A stretch of 31,716 nucleotides of DNA from a virus (IMGVR_UViG_3300045531_000089:1-31716), one strand, 5' to 3'. Positions 8,625-16,187 are shown, counted from the stretch's first letter. The notes: generated from the letters alone by a model not told the origin. Made by a program: numbers and translations.

Positions 8625-10898
8625 TTATTTTAAATATTTATTTACTAATTGTTTTGATATACCTAATAAGTTAGCTATATCACTTTTTTTAAATGAAGGA
8701 TTAGCTTTAAAAATCTCAATTGCTTTTTCTTTATTAGATTTATTCTCATTTGTTTTAATTACTTTTTTTACTTCATTTGTTGCGAGGCTATCTTGTTTTA
8801 TTTTTCTTGCTTCATTACTAAAGTAATCAGAAAGTTTTTCAGCATCAAGCATTGATTTTTTTGATATGTCTTGAAATGGTTCGCCTGTTTCAATGCAATT
8901 CAAAATATTTAATATCATTGCAAATCTTGGGATATAATCCTTTTGCTTTGGTAACATTGATTTAAAATACTCACTTTCATCATCACTATTTTGAATATCA
9001 GTTATTTTATTAAAAATTCTTTCCCACTCAATCAATGCTTCAGAATCAAACCTACATAAATAAGGATCAATAGAGCCATCTTCATTATATTTTATCATCT
9101 GTTTTTGAACAGTATTATACATTTCAATAATAAAATCCGAGTACCAAGTATAAACTTCTGTACTTATTTCTTTGCTATTATATTTTTCTATTTCCATTTT
9201 TGGAAACACTAAAAGCATCCGGTCAATAAAACCATTGTCTTTATTTTCTTGAGTAAAAAAGTTATTTAATATAGTTGGTTGAATACCACCTAACACAGGG
9301 ATAATAGGACTTTCTACAAAACTATTTTTTGAAGTTTTCCTATTTACTGAAACACTTTGATTTGCCCAACTACTTAACCAAAACTCTAAATCAGAACCTT
9401 GTCTATATTTGTTCATGTCTTTAAACCATCCTGCTAATTCATCTTTAAATACTCCAATTGCATTAGGGTTTTCATCGTGCAATTCAATCAATGCTTCTAT
9501 TGTTACATCGTTAACAATAAATTGAGTTTTTCTCGGTTTTTTTATTTCTTCAGCTCTTTCTTTTTCTTTTTTGTCTAATGCTGAATATGCTTCAAACTTA
9601 TCAAAGTTTTTGATGTACTTTTTAATTTCTTCATTATTAATTTTCTTTAGTGGAAAAATAATATTGTTAATACTTGGAGTTTTACCAATACCAGCACGAC
9701 CAACACAAGCAATCCAAAGGTTTACACTACCATACCAACCCCTTTTTACTTCTACCTTACAACTGTTACCAATAATAACACTAAGCATCCAAAGAAATGA
9801 AGCTCCCATAAATTCAATATTAGAATCTAAAGTATTATGGCATTCTAAAATATAGTTTTGTATTGGTAGTGGATAAATTTCTAAAGGGAAATTAATTGCT
9901 TCAATAGGTTTAATTTCTTCTAATTCAATTGGCTTTTTCACTATTCTACTTCCAAAGCCTTTTGAATATAAGTCTTTTGCACTTGCTGAAAAATCTCCAT
10001 TATGATATTTGTAAGTATAACAAGCAAAAGGGCTAAGAAGTTTTATTGAAGGATATAAAGTTCCTGTACTAAATAAGTACATACAATTTGAATCTTTAAA
10101 AACGTGTCCTGAACTTGCTGAACTTGCTCCAAATCTTTTTATGATAATACTTTTAGATAAGTTTTTTACTATCTCAAAATCTGAACTAATAATATCAAAA
10201 ATATCTGTTTTATCATTAAAATCATCCCAAGTAGCTATTTTTTCAGCTTCAATAATATTTAAGCTTTCAAAACTTTTTTGCTCTTTGGGTTTCTCTGTTA
10301 CTTCAATATAATTAAAAAACTTTGAGCAATTTATAATAGTATCTCTATCAAGTTCGCTTATTTCTTTTATTTCTTGGTATGCTAATTTAGAAATTTGTTT
10401 ATCATAAATAACAACATATCCACCAACCCCACGAGTTTCAATAATAGCTTCTTTATACTCTTTTAATCTTGCTATCTTTTCATTACCTCCTATTTTTTTA
10501 CATCTGTATAAAATATGGTAACCACCTGTCAATGTTTGATAAATAACAACTTTATCATCAAAATCAAGTATTGAATCTTTTAATAAATTAGTATATTCAA
10601 GCCAAAAATCATTTTGAGCTTTTAAATTTGGCAATATCTTCAAATCAATATCGATAACTTCTAAACCATTAAAGCCTGTTACAAGTCCTATATTAGTAGT
10701 GGCTTGAATTCGTACTTCTTCATTATCTTTATTAAGATAAAACGATTCTTTTATATTGTAATTCTTTTCAAGTTGTGACTTGGTAATTTGTTCCGTTTGG
10801 TAGGCTTTCCATACTGCGTTAGGGACTTTATTTTGTCCTACTGTAATAAGGCTAAAACCATTATCAAGTAATTTGTTGCAATAACTTAAATTAATCAT
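8625..10898 (-). CDS. Primase-polymerase (Prim-Pol) plus DUF3987 P-loop domain plus C-terminal HTH; replication protein
   Basis: NIGLVTG, VIDID, TLTGGYH, ETRGVGGYVV; GRAGIGKT, DVTIEAL, KDELAGW, GGIQP, NGFIDR; terminal HTH IANLLGISKQLVNKYLK. Confidence 0.85.
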   Translation of the reverse strand: MINLSYCNKLLDNGFSLITVGQNKVPNAVWKAYQTEQITKSQLEKNYNIKESFYLNKDNEEVRIQATTNIGLVTGFNGLEVIDIDLKILPNLKAQNDFWLEYTNLLKDSILDFDDKVVIYQTLTGGYHILYRCKKIGGNEKIARLKEYKEAIIETRGVGGYVVIYDKQISKLAYQEIKEISELDRDTIINCSKFFNYIEVTEKPKEQKSFESLNIIEAEKIATWDDFNDKTDIFDIISSDFEIVKNLSKSIIIKRFGASSASSGHVFKDSNCMYLFSTGTLYPSIKLLSPFACYTYKYHNGDFSASAKDLYSKGFGSRIVKKPIELEEIKPIEAINFPLEIYPLPIQNYILECHNTLDSNIEFMGASFLWMLSVIIGNSCKVEVKRGWYGSVNLWIACVGRAGIGKTPSINNIIFPLKKINNEEIKKYIKNFDKFEAYSALDKKEKERAEEIKKPRKTQFIVNDVTIEALIELHDENPNAIGVFKDELAGWFKDMNKYRQGSDLEFWLSSWANQSVSVNRKTSKNSFVESPIIPVLGGIQPTILNNFFTQENKDNGFIDRMLLVFPKMEIEKYNSKEISTEVYTWYSDFIIEMYNTVQKQMIKYNEDGSIDPYLCRFDSEALIEWERIFNKITDIQNSDDESEYFKSMLPKQKDYIPRFAMILNILNCIETGEPFQDISKKSMLDAEKLSDYFSNEARKIKQDSLATNEVKKVIKTNENKSNKEKAIEIFKANPSFKKSDIANLLGISKQLVNKYLK

Positions 10899-10914
10899 AT
10901 AATATTATTAAAAT

Positions 10915-11012
10915 ACAAAACCCGAGCAAATAAGGTAGAAGGCTTATTTGTCGGGTCTGTTTTTGGTTTAGTAATTAAACCGAGTCCTTAATTGTAGCTT
11001 CTACTCTACAAT
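10915..11012 (-). ncRNA. Structured 5' leader of primase gene: three hairpins with loop-loop complementarity and a terminator-like third stem
   Basis: Hairpin ATTGTAG-AGTAGAAG-CTACAAT; hairpin CCCGACAAATAAG-CCTTCTAC-CTTATTTGCTCGGG-TTTT; loops GTAGAAG/CTTCTAC are complementary. Confidence 0.65.
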
Positions 11013-11013
11013 G

Positions 11014-11021
11014 CAAATATA
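11014..11021 (-). promoter_or_regulatory. -7 promoter element TATATTTG for the primase leader
   Basis: Directly precedes hairpin 1 of the leader. Confidence 0.6.
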
Positions 11022-11027
11022 AGTATA

Positions 11028-11294
11028 TTATTTTAATAAACTATCAAAATACTCTTTTTTATATTTATGTGCTAATTGTCTTGATATTTTTAACTCATAA
11101 GCTAAATCAATAGTTCTGATATTTTTGTTTTTTTGAAGCATAACAAAACATAATTCTTTAATAGAATTATAGTTTTTAACGACAAAATCATTTTCTATTA
11201 ATTCATTAATTTCTAAATTAATATTTTTTTTAAATGCTTTTATAATAGCTTTAGCATCTAAATAATCATTATAAGTTATATTTAATTTTTCCAT
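11028..11294 (-). CDS. Small HTH protein resembling the primase C-terminal HTH
   Basis: LAYELKISRQLAHKYKK versus primase IANLLGISKQLVNKYLK; likely start ATG 11294 after TATATTTG at 11306-11299. Confidence 0.65.
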   Translation of the reverse strand: MEKLNITYNDYLDAKAIIKAFKKNINLEINELIENDFVVKNYNSIKELCFVMLQKNKNIRTIDLAYELKISRQLAHKYKKEYFDSLLK

Positions 11295-11349
11295 AATACA
11301 AATATAGTTAATTAATGTTAAAAAAAAAGACAATTTACATTTTTTTACA

Positions 11350-11580
11350 ACAAAATACCCAATTAGTAAACTTTATGGTTTACCACTGTTTACCATATAA
11401 AACTATTTATATTTATATTTATATTGCTTAATAATACAATATAAATAGTTTTATATTTAAATAATTATATTTTAATAAACAGTAAACGGTAAACGGTTAG
11501 AAATTTATTTTTTTTATTTTTTTTTAAAATTATAATAATACCCTATAGTAAACGGCGTTTACTGTTTACCTGTTTACTAA
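11350..11580. repeat. Putative replication origin: nine GTTTAC/GTAAAC hexamers around an AT-rich core
   Basis: Copies at 11366, 11378, 11388, 11482, 11489, 11548, 11557, 11564, 11572; divergent intergenic region next to primase. Confidence 0.65.
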
Positions 11581-11595
11581 CCTATTTCAATTATT

Positions 11596-11637
11596 TTTGA
11601 TAAAAGTTTTTTAATTCAAAATATTATATTACATTTG
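11596..11637 (+). promoter_or_regulatory. Early promoter/operator repeat, copy 1
   Basis: TTTGATAAAAGTTTTTTAATTCAAAATA...TACATTTG. Confidence 0.7.
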
Positions 11638-11659
11638 TGAACATTTAAAATATAAGGAA

Positions 11660-11968
11660 ATGGAAACTGCAATATCTATATTTAATAAAACATTGAACAT
11701 GAACGGTTTAGTAAATAGTTCAAGTGTTTATTTTGAAACTGAAACAAAATTAATAAGATTTTCTAATCATAAATGTAATCCCTCAAATATTTCTTTATTT
11801 AACCAAGAAAATAAAGAAATAATGCTTGTATTTGTTAATTCTGAAATGTCAGAATTTGATATACAAGATAATGTTGAGGAAGTTAAAGCACATGACTATC
11901 TAACTTACAATGAAGGAGATGATATTGAAGTAATAAAGGATTTGGTAAACAGATTTTTAAACAAATAA
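11660..11968 (+). CDS. Hypothetical early protein (IRFSNH motif)
   Basis: First ORF after early promoter. Confidence 0.65.
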   Translation: METAISIFNKTLNMNGLVNSSSVYFETETKLIRFSNHKCNPSNISLFNQENKEIMLVFVNSEMSEFDIQDNVEEVKAHDYLTYNEGDDIEVIKDLVNRFLNK

Positions 11969-11972
11969 GGAA

Positions 11973-12317
11973 ATGAAATTAAGAACAGGAACAAACGGAA
12001 AAAACGAAAGAGTATTAGTAATTTGTGAAATGTTGGAATATACAACGGTTACAGAAAAGGAGCTAATAAAGTCTATTGAACATTGGCATAGTAGTAGAGA
12101 TTTATGCGAAGAAACAGGCTATCATTGGGCTGTAAAAGATTCGTATTATGAATTTGAAGAACCGAGAACATTGGAACATCCAGGCATATCAGAAGGCTGG
12201 GTTATTGATAATTTTAAAACTTTTGATGAGTTGTCTTTACTTGAAGATGATGAATTGGATGAGTTGACTAATTTTATTTATAATCATTGCGAAGTTAATT
12301 CATTTAAATTCAATTAA
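11973..12317 (+). CDS. Hypothetical acidic protein
   Basis: 114 aa ORF in operon. Confidence 0.65.
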   Translation: MKLRTGTNGKNERVLVICEMLEYTTVTEKELIKSIEHWHSSRDLCEETGYHWAVKDSYYEFEEPRTLEHPGISEGWVIDNFKTFDELSLLEDDELDELTNFIYNHCEVNSFKFN

Positions 12318-12318
12318 T

Positions 12319-12465
12319 ATGGAAAACGCACTACCATTATGTGCGTTTTTACTCAGTTTTTCTGAGTATAAAACGCCAAAAAAAATCACTGATTATATTG
12401 ATAATCAAAAATTAAAATTTTTAATCGAAAATCCGCCTTATGTCGTTTGCAAAAACACTAAATAA
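12319..12465 (+). CDS. 48-aa mini-ORF containing FLIENPPY
   Basis: ATG 1 nt after previous stop; overlaps the MTase start; NPPY at 12430-12441. Confidence 0.4.
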   Translation: MENALPLCAFLLSFSEYKTPKKITDYIDNQKLKFLIENPPYVVCKNTK

Positions 12466-13150
12466 CGTATCAAATAGACACCATACAAGCCAATTATTTG
12501 ATGACTTCTTACAAATGGCTGTTTGTGCATTTTCATTGGGGAGAAGTGAAGAAATTTACTTAGATATTGCCAAAAAATATAATGAAGAAGAAATAAAAGG
12601 GTTTGGAGATACTTTAAGTGCTTTAATTTTAGAGCATGAAATACAAAATAAAAACGGATGGAAAGATTTTTTAGGTAATTATTTTGAAGAATTCGGACAA
12701 TATAATTCTAAAATGGGACAATTCTTTACACCTGAATCTATTTGTAATTTAATGTCGAATTTCACAAATGAAAACAATACAGATTATAGGCAAACAGTAA
12801 ACGACCCTACTTGTGGAAGTTCAAGAAACTTAATTGCACACGCAATGAAAAATCCTCAAAATAGGTTTAATTATTTCTACATAGGGCAGGATTTAGACCG
12901 TAGATGTTGTTTAATGTCTGTTTTAAATTTCGTTATGTTTGGCCTGTCTGGCGTAGTTATTTACATGGACGTTTTAAGCAATAAAATATACGGTGGCTGG
13001 AGAATATGGATGCCAGAGACAGGCTTGGGAGTTCAACCATTAACTGTACAAGAATGTAGTAAATTTCTATTTGAGGAGAAAGAAGTTGAACAAGTGCAAG
13101 TACAGGAAGTAAAAGTAATTAATCAATCAAAACAACTAACTTTATTTTAA
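12440..13150 (+). CDS. N-6 DNA methylase-like (HsdM-type SAM-binding half) lacking catalytic motif IV
   Basis: GQFFTP, DPTCGS, GQDLD motifs; no N/DPPY in frame; ends QLTLF. Confidence 0.8.
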   Translation: MSFAKTLNNVSNRHHTSQLFDDFLQMAVCAFSLGRSEEIYLDIAKKYNEEEIKGFGDTLSALILEHEIQNKNGWKDFLGNYFEEFGQYNSKMGQFFTPESICNLMSNFTNENNTDYRQTVNDPTCGSSRNLIAHAMKNPQNRFNYFYIGQDLDRRCCLMSVLNFVMFGLSGVVIYMDVLSNKIYGGWRIWMPETGLGVQPLTVQECSKFLFEEKEVEQVQVQEVKVINQSKQLTLF

Positions 13151-13392
13151 TGCCTAATTACGAACCTTACAAAGACTTCAACGCTGAATATGTCAATCGT
13201 ATTCAGCGTTTGATAGAAAAGTATAACACTAAGGCCCAAAGATTGGTAATTATCAAAGTGTATTCAAAGCCTGTTAGTTACTTTTGCAAAATTAAAGGTA
13301 GGGTAAATGATCCTGCAGAAGCTACGAAGTTAACCGAAGTCGAAGCTATAAAAATTCAAAAGAAAATTTTACAAAAAAGTGAAATAATATGA
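13150..13392 (+). CDS. Hypothetical protein
   Basis: Coupled ORF. Confidence 0.55.
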   Translation: MPNYEPYKDFNAEYVNRIQRLIEKYNTKAQRLVIIKVYSKPVSYFCKIKGRVNDPAEATKLTEVEAIKIQKKILQKSEII

Positions 13393-13607
13393 TAAGCGAA
13401 AAAACATTATTAAGGCTCGGATTTAAGCTAATTAAATACAATTTAGATGATTTAATTTGTTTTGATTACGTAAAAAAATATAAAGAAGGGGTAACTATTG
13501 AGGTAGAATATGGGGGTGGTATTTGTATCGTAATTGATAAAAAAGCAAGATACATAAAGATAGAAAACGAACAAGAATTTATTATTTTAAATAAATTATT
13601 TGAATAA
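13389..13607 (+). CDS. Hypothetical protein
   Basis: Coupled ORF, MISEKTLLRLGFK start typical of small phage proteins. Confidence 0.6.
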   Translation: MISEKTLLRLGFKLIKYNLDDLICFDYVKKYKEGVTIEVEYGGGICIVIDKKARYIKIENEQEFIILNKLFE

Positions 13608-13640
13608 AGTTTTTTAATTCAAAATAAATTATTAGTTTTG
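13599..13640 (+). promoter_or_regulatory. Early promoter/operator repeat, copy 2 (nearest promoter upstream of cassette array)
   Basis: TTTGAATAAAGTTTTTTAATTCAAAATA...TAGTTTTG. Confidence 0.7.
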
Positions 13641-13660
13641 TGAACATTAAAATTAAGAAA

Positions 13661-13948
13661 ATGGAAAAGAAGCAAAGAGGAGGAAAAAGAATCGGAGCTG
13701 GCAGAAAGCCAATCGGTAAAGATACAAAGGTTTTATCTATTAGAGTAGAATCTAAGCACCACGATGACCTAAAAAAGTTAAATCTAATGATTAGGTCAGC
13801 TTTACAAACAAATTGCGGGACGGCTCGTGATTTGAAGTTTATTCGAGCGAGAAAGTTCAGTGATGAATTAGCAATTAAATACGGTGTTGATAACGGATTA
13901 TTAACGATAAAACATAAACAAAATGAAACCACAAGAAAAAGCAAATGA
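13661..13948 (+). CDS. Putative small DNA-binding protein (RGGKRIGAGRKP motif)
   Basis: RGG-x-R-x-GAGRK motif followed by SIRV strand. Confidence 0.6.
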   Translation: MEKKQRGGKRIGAGRKPIGKDTKVLSIRVESKHHDDLKKLNLMIRSALQTNCGTARDLKFIRARKFSDELAIKYGVDNGLLTIKHKQNETTRKSK

Positions 13949-14156
13949 GTTAATTGAAAAAGCAAAAACAGCAAGTTCATATCAATATCAAGAATATGCA
14001 GGGGCGCATTACACTTGGTTTGAACACGATACTGACACGCTGAAACTAATTGCTTTGATTACGGTTGAAGAAGTAATTAATGGCTATTTGGAAGAATATA
14101 GTTACGACCGCCAATTTTGGGATTGCGTAAAAGCTGAATTAGAAGTACTAATGTAG
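13923..14156 (+). CDS. Hypothetical phage protein
   Basis: MKPQEKANELI...ALITVEEVI...FW..VK.ELE. Confidence 0.65.
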   Translation: MKPQEKANELIEKAKTASSYQYQEYAGAHYTWFEHDTDTLKLIALITVEEVINGYLEEYSYDRQFWDCVKAELEVLM

Positions 14157-14212
14157 TATTGGCTGTTAGCGGTTAGTGCCTTTCTCTAATTAATTAATTT
14201 AAAAACAATAAT

Positions 14213-14452
14213 ATGTCAAAGAAAAAAGAAGTAAAGTTTGAGGGTAGAATAGAACCTTTAACAGATTGTAAATCTTTTTATATGGTCGTTGTCGAAGATG
14301 GTGTTTATCCACCAAAACCGAAATACGACAAATACGAGGATGCTTTTCAGGAAATGTTGAGATTGTCAAAAAAGGAAAACAAAAAGGCGTACGTTTTAAT
14401 CTCAGTTACACAGGTTGAGCTGATTGCCAATGTCAAACAGTTTAATTTATAG
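14213..14452 (+). CDS. Hypothetical protein (degenerate cassette)
   Basis: Follows orphan GTTAGCGGTTAGTGCC at 14165. Confidence 0.65.
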   Translation: MSKKKEVKFEGRIEPLTDCKSFYMVVVEDGVYPPKPKYDKYEDAFQEMLRLSKKENKKAYVLISVTQVELIANVKQFNL

Positions 14453-14527
14453 CACAAGTAGCGTTAGCATTGTGCGGTTGGATTTGGGATTTGCTTATGT
14501 GTAGTGATTCTCACAAACTTAAATAAA

Positions 14528-14728
14528 ATGGAAGAAGTAAAATTATCAAACGGAATTATGGTGTTAAAATCAAACTACATCAAGTTAAAAACAAAAGACC
14601 TTAAAGAGTTTGGATATACAAGAATTACAGAAAATGAAGTTGCTGAACAAGTTGAAAAGATACTGAAAAAAGAAGATGACTTGTCCGTTATTGGAATGTT
14701 ATGTAAGGATGATTTTGATGTCGAATAG
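14528..14728 (+). CDS. Hypothetical protein (degenerate cassette)
   Basis: Stop abuts GCATTGCACCTAAC. Confidence 0.65.
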   Translation: MEEVKLSNGIMVLKSNYIKLKTKDLKEFGYTRITENEVAEQVEKILKKEDDLSVIGMLCKDDFDVE

Positions 14729-14734
14729 CATTGC

Positions 14735-14867
14735 ACCTAACGTTCCGCAGATTGGCGAGGTGCGGGACTTTCAGCACCAAAACCGATTAGAATTACTTAA
14801 CTTAAAATTTAGCACAATATGTCAATAGAACAAGAAAACCCCGCATCTTGCCAAACTGCTGTTAGCG
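14735..14867 (+). repeat. attC-like site 1
   Basis: ACCTAAC-gttcc-GCAGATTGGCGAGGTGCGGG...CCCGCATCTTGCCAAACTGC-t-GTTAGCG; 17/20 Watson-Crick plus 2 G:T. Confidence 0.8.
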
Positions 14868-15064
14868 GTAGTCTTTCTTTCAAGGAGCAAATGATAAACG
14901 ATATTATTCCATTTGTCGAAAGAATGATTGAAAAGGAAAAAGAACACCTTCACTGGCTTGAAAGCAAAAATGCACCGAAAGAATTTATTGAACGGTCAAA
15001 ATGGTATCTCAATCATTTTAGACAAAGACATAAAGAATACATTGAATATGCGGATGGTCTTTAA
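14819..15064 (+). CDS. Cassette A gene, hypothetical
   Basis: Start inside hairpin loop; flanked by GTTAGCGGTAGTCTT/AAGATTACCGCTAAC. Confidence 0.7.
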   Translation: MSIEQENPASCQTAVSGSLSFKEQMINDIIPFVERMIEKEKEHLHWLESKNAPKEFIERSKWYLNHFRQRHKEYIEYADGL

Positions 15065-15070
15065 GATTAC

Positions 15071-15203
15071 CGCTAACGGCAAAGTATATGAGCAGTAGGG
15101 CATGAACTGGGGTACGCCTTCGCCTGCGAAACACAGTATAAACTAATATGGAACAGTCTCAGACAGAGCGTTACCGCCCTATTGCTTATATACATTGCCG
15201 TAA
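15071..15203 (+). repeat. attC-like site 2 (GTT replaced by GCC)
   Basis: CGCTAAC-ggcaaa-GTATATGAGCAGTAGGGC...GCCCTATTGCTTATATAC-att-GCCGTAA. Confidence 0.75.
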
Positions 15204-15314
15204 AATCGTTTTAATGTTTTACAACGTTTACAAACTTGCGCATCATGCGGGTTCGCAGAAGTAAATATAAAGTAAAATGTTCGAAATTAAAGCGTCAAAC
15301 TGTCCAACGAAGCT

Positions 15315-15437
15315 GTTTGGGAAAATATGCATAACCCAAGTTTTAATTCCCCCGAATTCGAGGGAATTAAAACAGAAGCTGGATTAAATAGATTTACAAT
15401 GTCTGCAAAACAGTGGATTCAAAAAACTAATGCTATT
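15315..15437 (+). pseudogene. KilA-N domain gene fragment
   Basis: Translates VWENMHNPSFNSPEFEGIKTEAGLNRFTMSAKQWIQKTNAI, matching the WE..NP.FN..EF.GI..EAG.N.FT.S.K.WI..TNAI core of bacterial KilA-N proteins. Confidence 0.75.
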
Positions 15438-15572
15438 TTAACCAATAATGCCAATGCGAAGAACGAATGTTGAATATAGCAGTAAATGTCGAGCGGAGTA
15501 CTGCACCGCCACTTTTGCCAAACGTGTGTTATGCGTTCGGGCTTTTTTAGTAACAATTTTAAAATCAAAATA

Positions 15573-15839
15573 ATGACACCAGAAGAAATCGAAGAAAACA
15601 AAGTAGTTCAATTATGCTACGACCATTTAGATAAGTTCACAGATATTTATCCAAAAGACAAAAATGAAGAAAACAAGATGCCTGAAAAGGTTAAACTAAC
15701 TGTCTATTGTAAAGGCACAAATAATGAAGGCTTTTTGGTTAATATGACTTCTGATGAATTAGGATTAGAAGCCTTAATTGCTCAAAAGTGGATTATTCAT
15801 TCAGAACTTGAAGCGTTGGCAGGTCGTTCTTTAGCCTGA
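15573..15839 (+). CDS. Cassette B gene, hypothetical
   Basis: Flanked by GTTATGCGTTCGGGCT (15528) and AGCCTGACGCATAAC (ends 15847); frame open back to 15486. Confidence 0.7.
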   Translation: MTPEEIEENKVVQLCYDHLDKFTDIYPKDKNEENKMPEKVKLTVYCKGTNNEGFLVNMTSDELGLEALIAQKWIIHSELEALAGRSLA

Positions 15840-15840
15840 C

Positions 15841-15969
15841 GCATAACGGTTACAGCTATGAGTAGTGGCTGATTAGAACTACTCACTTTAAATATAAAAG
15901 AAATGAAATTAGAAGCAGAAAACCTGAATGAACCACAAAACCAGCCATTAGTTATAGCTGATGTTAGTG
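15841..15969 (+). repeat. attC-like site 5
   Basis: GCATAAC-ggtta-CAGCTATGAGTAGTGGCTG...CAGCCATTAGTTATAGCTG-at-GTTAGTG. Confidence 0.8.
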
Positions 15970-16187
15970 GCAGTTTTAAACTTGCTAACCAAACTGGAAG
16001 GCTGATGTTTAAATTCGATAACGATGAACCACAGGAATGTGTGACAATTTATGATTATGGAAAAGTTACAATAGAAATGCAACAGCAAAAAGAGTTAGAC
16101 AATAATTTACAACAAAATACTAACTATATCGAATTTACTTCTAAAGATGGTAAGAAGTTTAGACTGTTCATAGAAAATTGCCGCTAA
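15903..16187 (+). CDS. Cassette C gene, hypothetical
   Basis: Start inside hairpin loop; stop TAA is within CTAAC; flanks GTTAGTGGCAGTTTT/AAAATTGCCGCTAAC. Confidence 0.7.
   Translation: MKLEAENLNEPQNQPLVIADVSGSFKLANQTGRLMFKFDNDEPQECVTIYDYGKVTIEMQQQKELDNNLQQNTNYIEFTSKDGKKFRLFIENCR

Noticed and set aside
9571-9855. Plus-strand 94-aa ORF
   Set aside because: Antisense shadow inside the primase gene.
13582-13980. Minus-strand 132-aa ORF (also 15419, 16622, 16904, 17260, 19107, 19987, 21193)
   Set aside because: Antisense shadows of the plus-strand early operon with no recognisable motifs.
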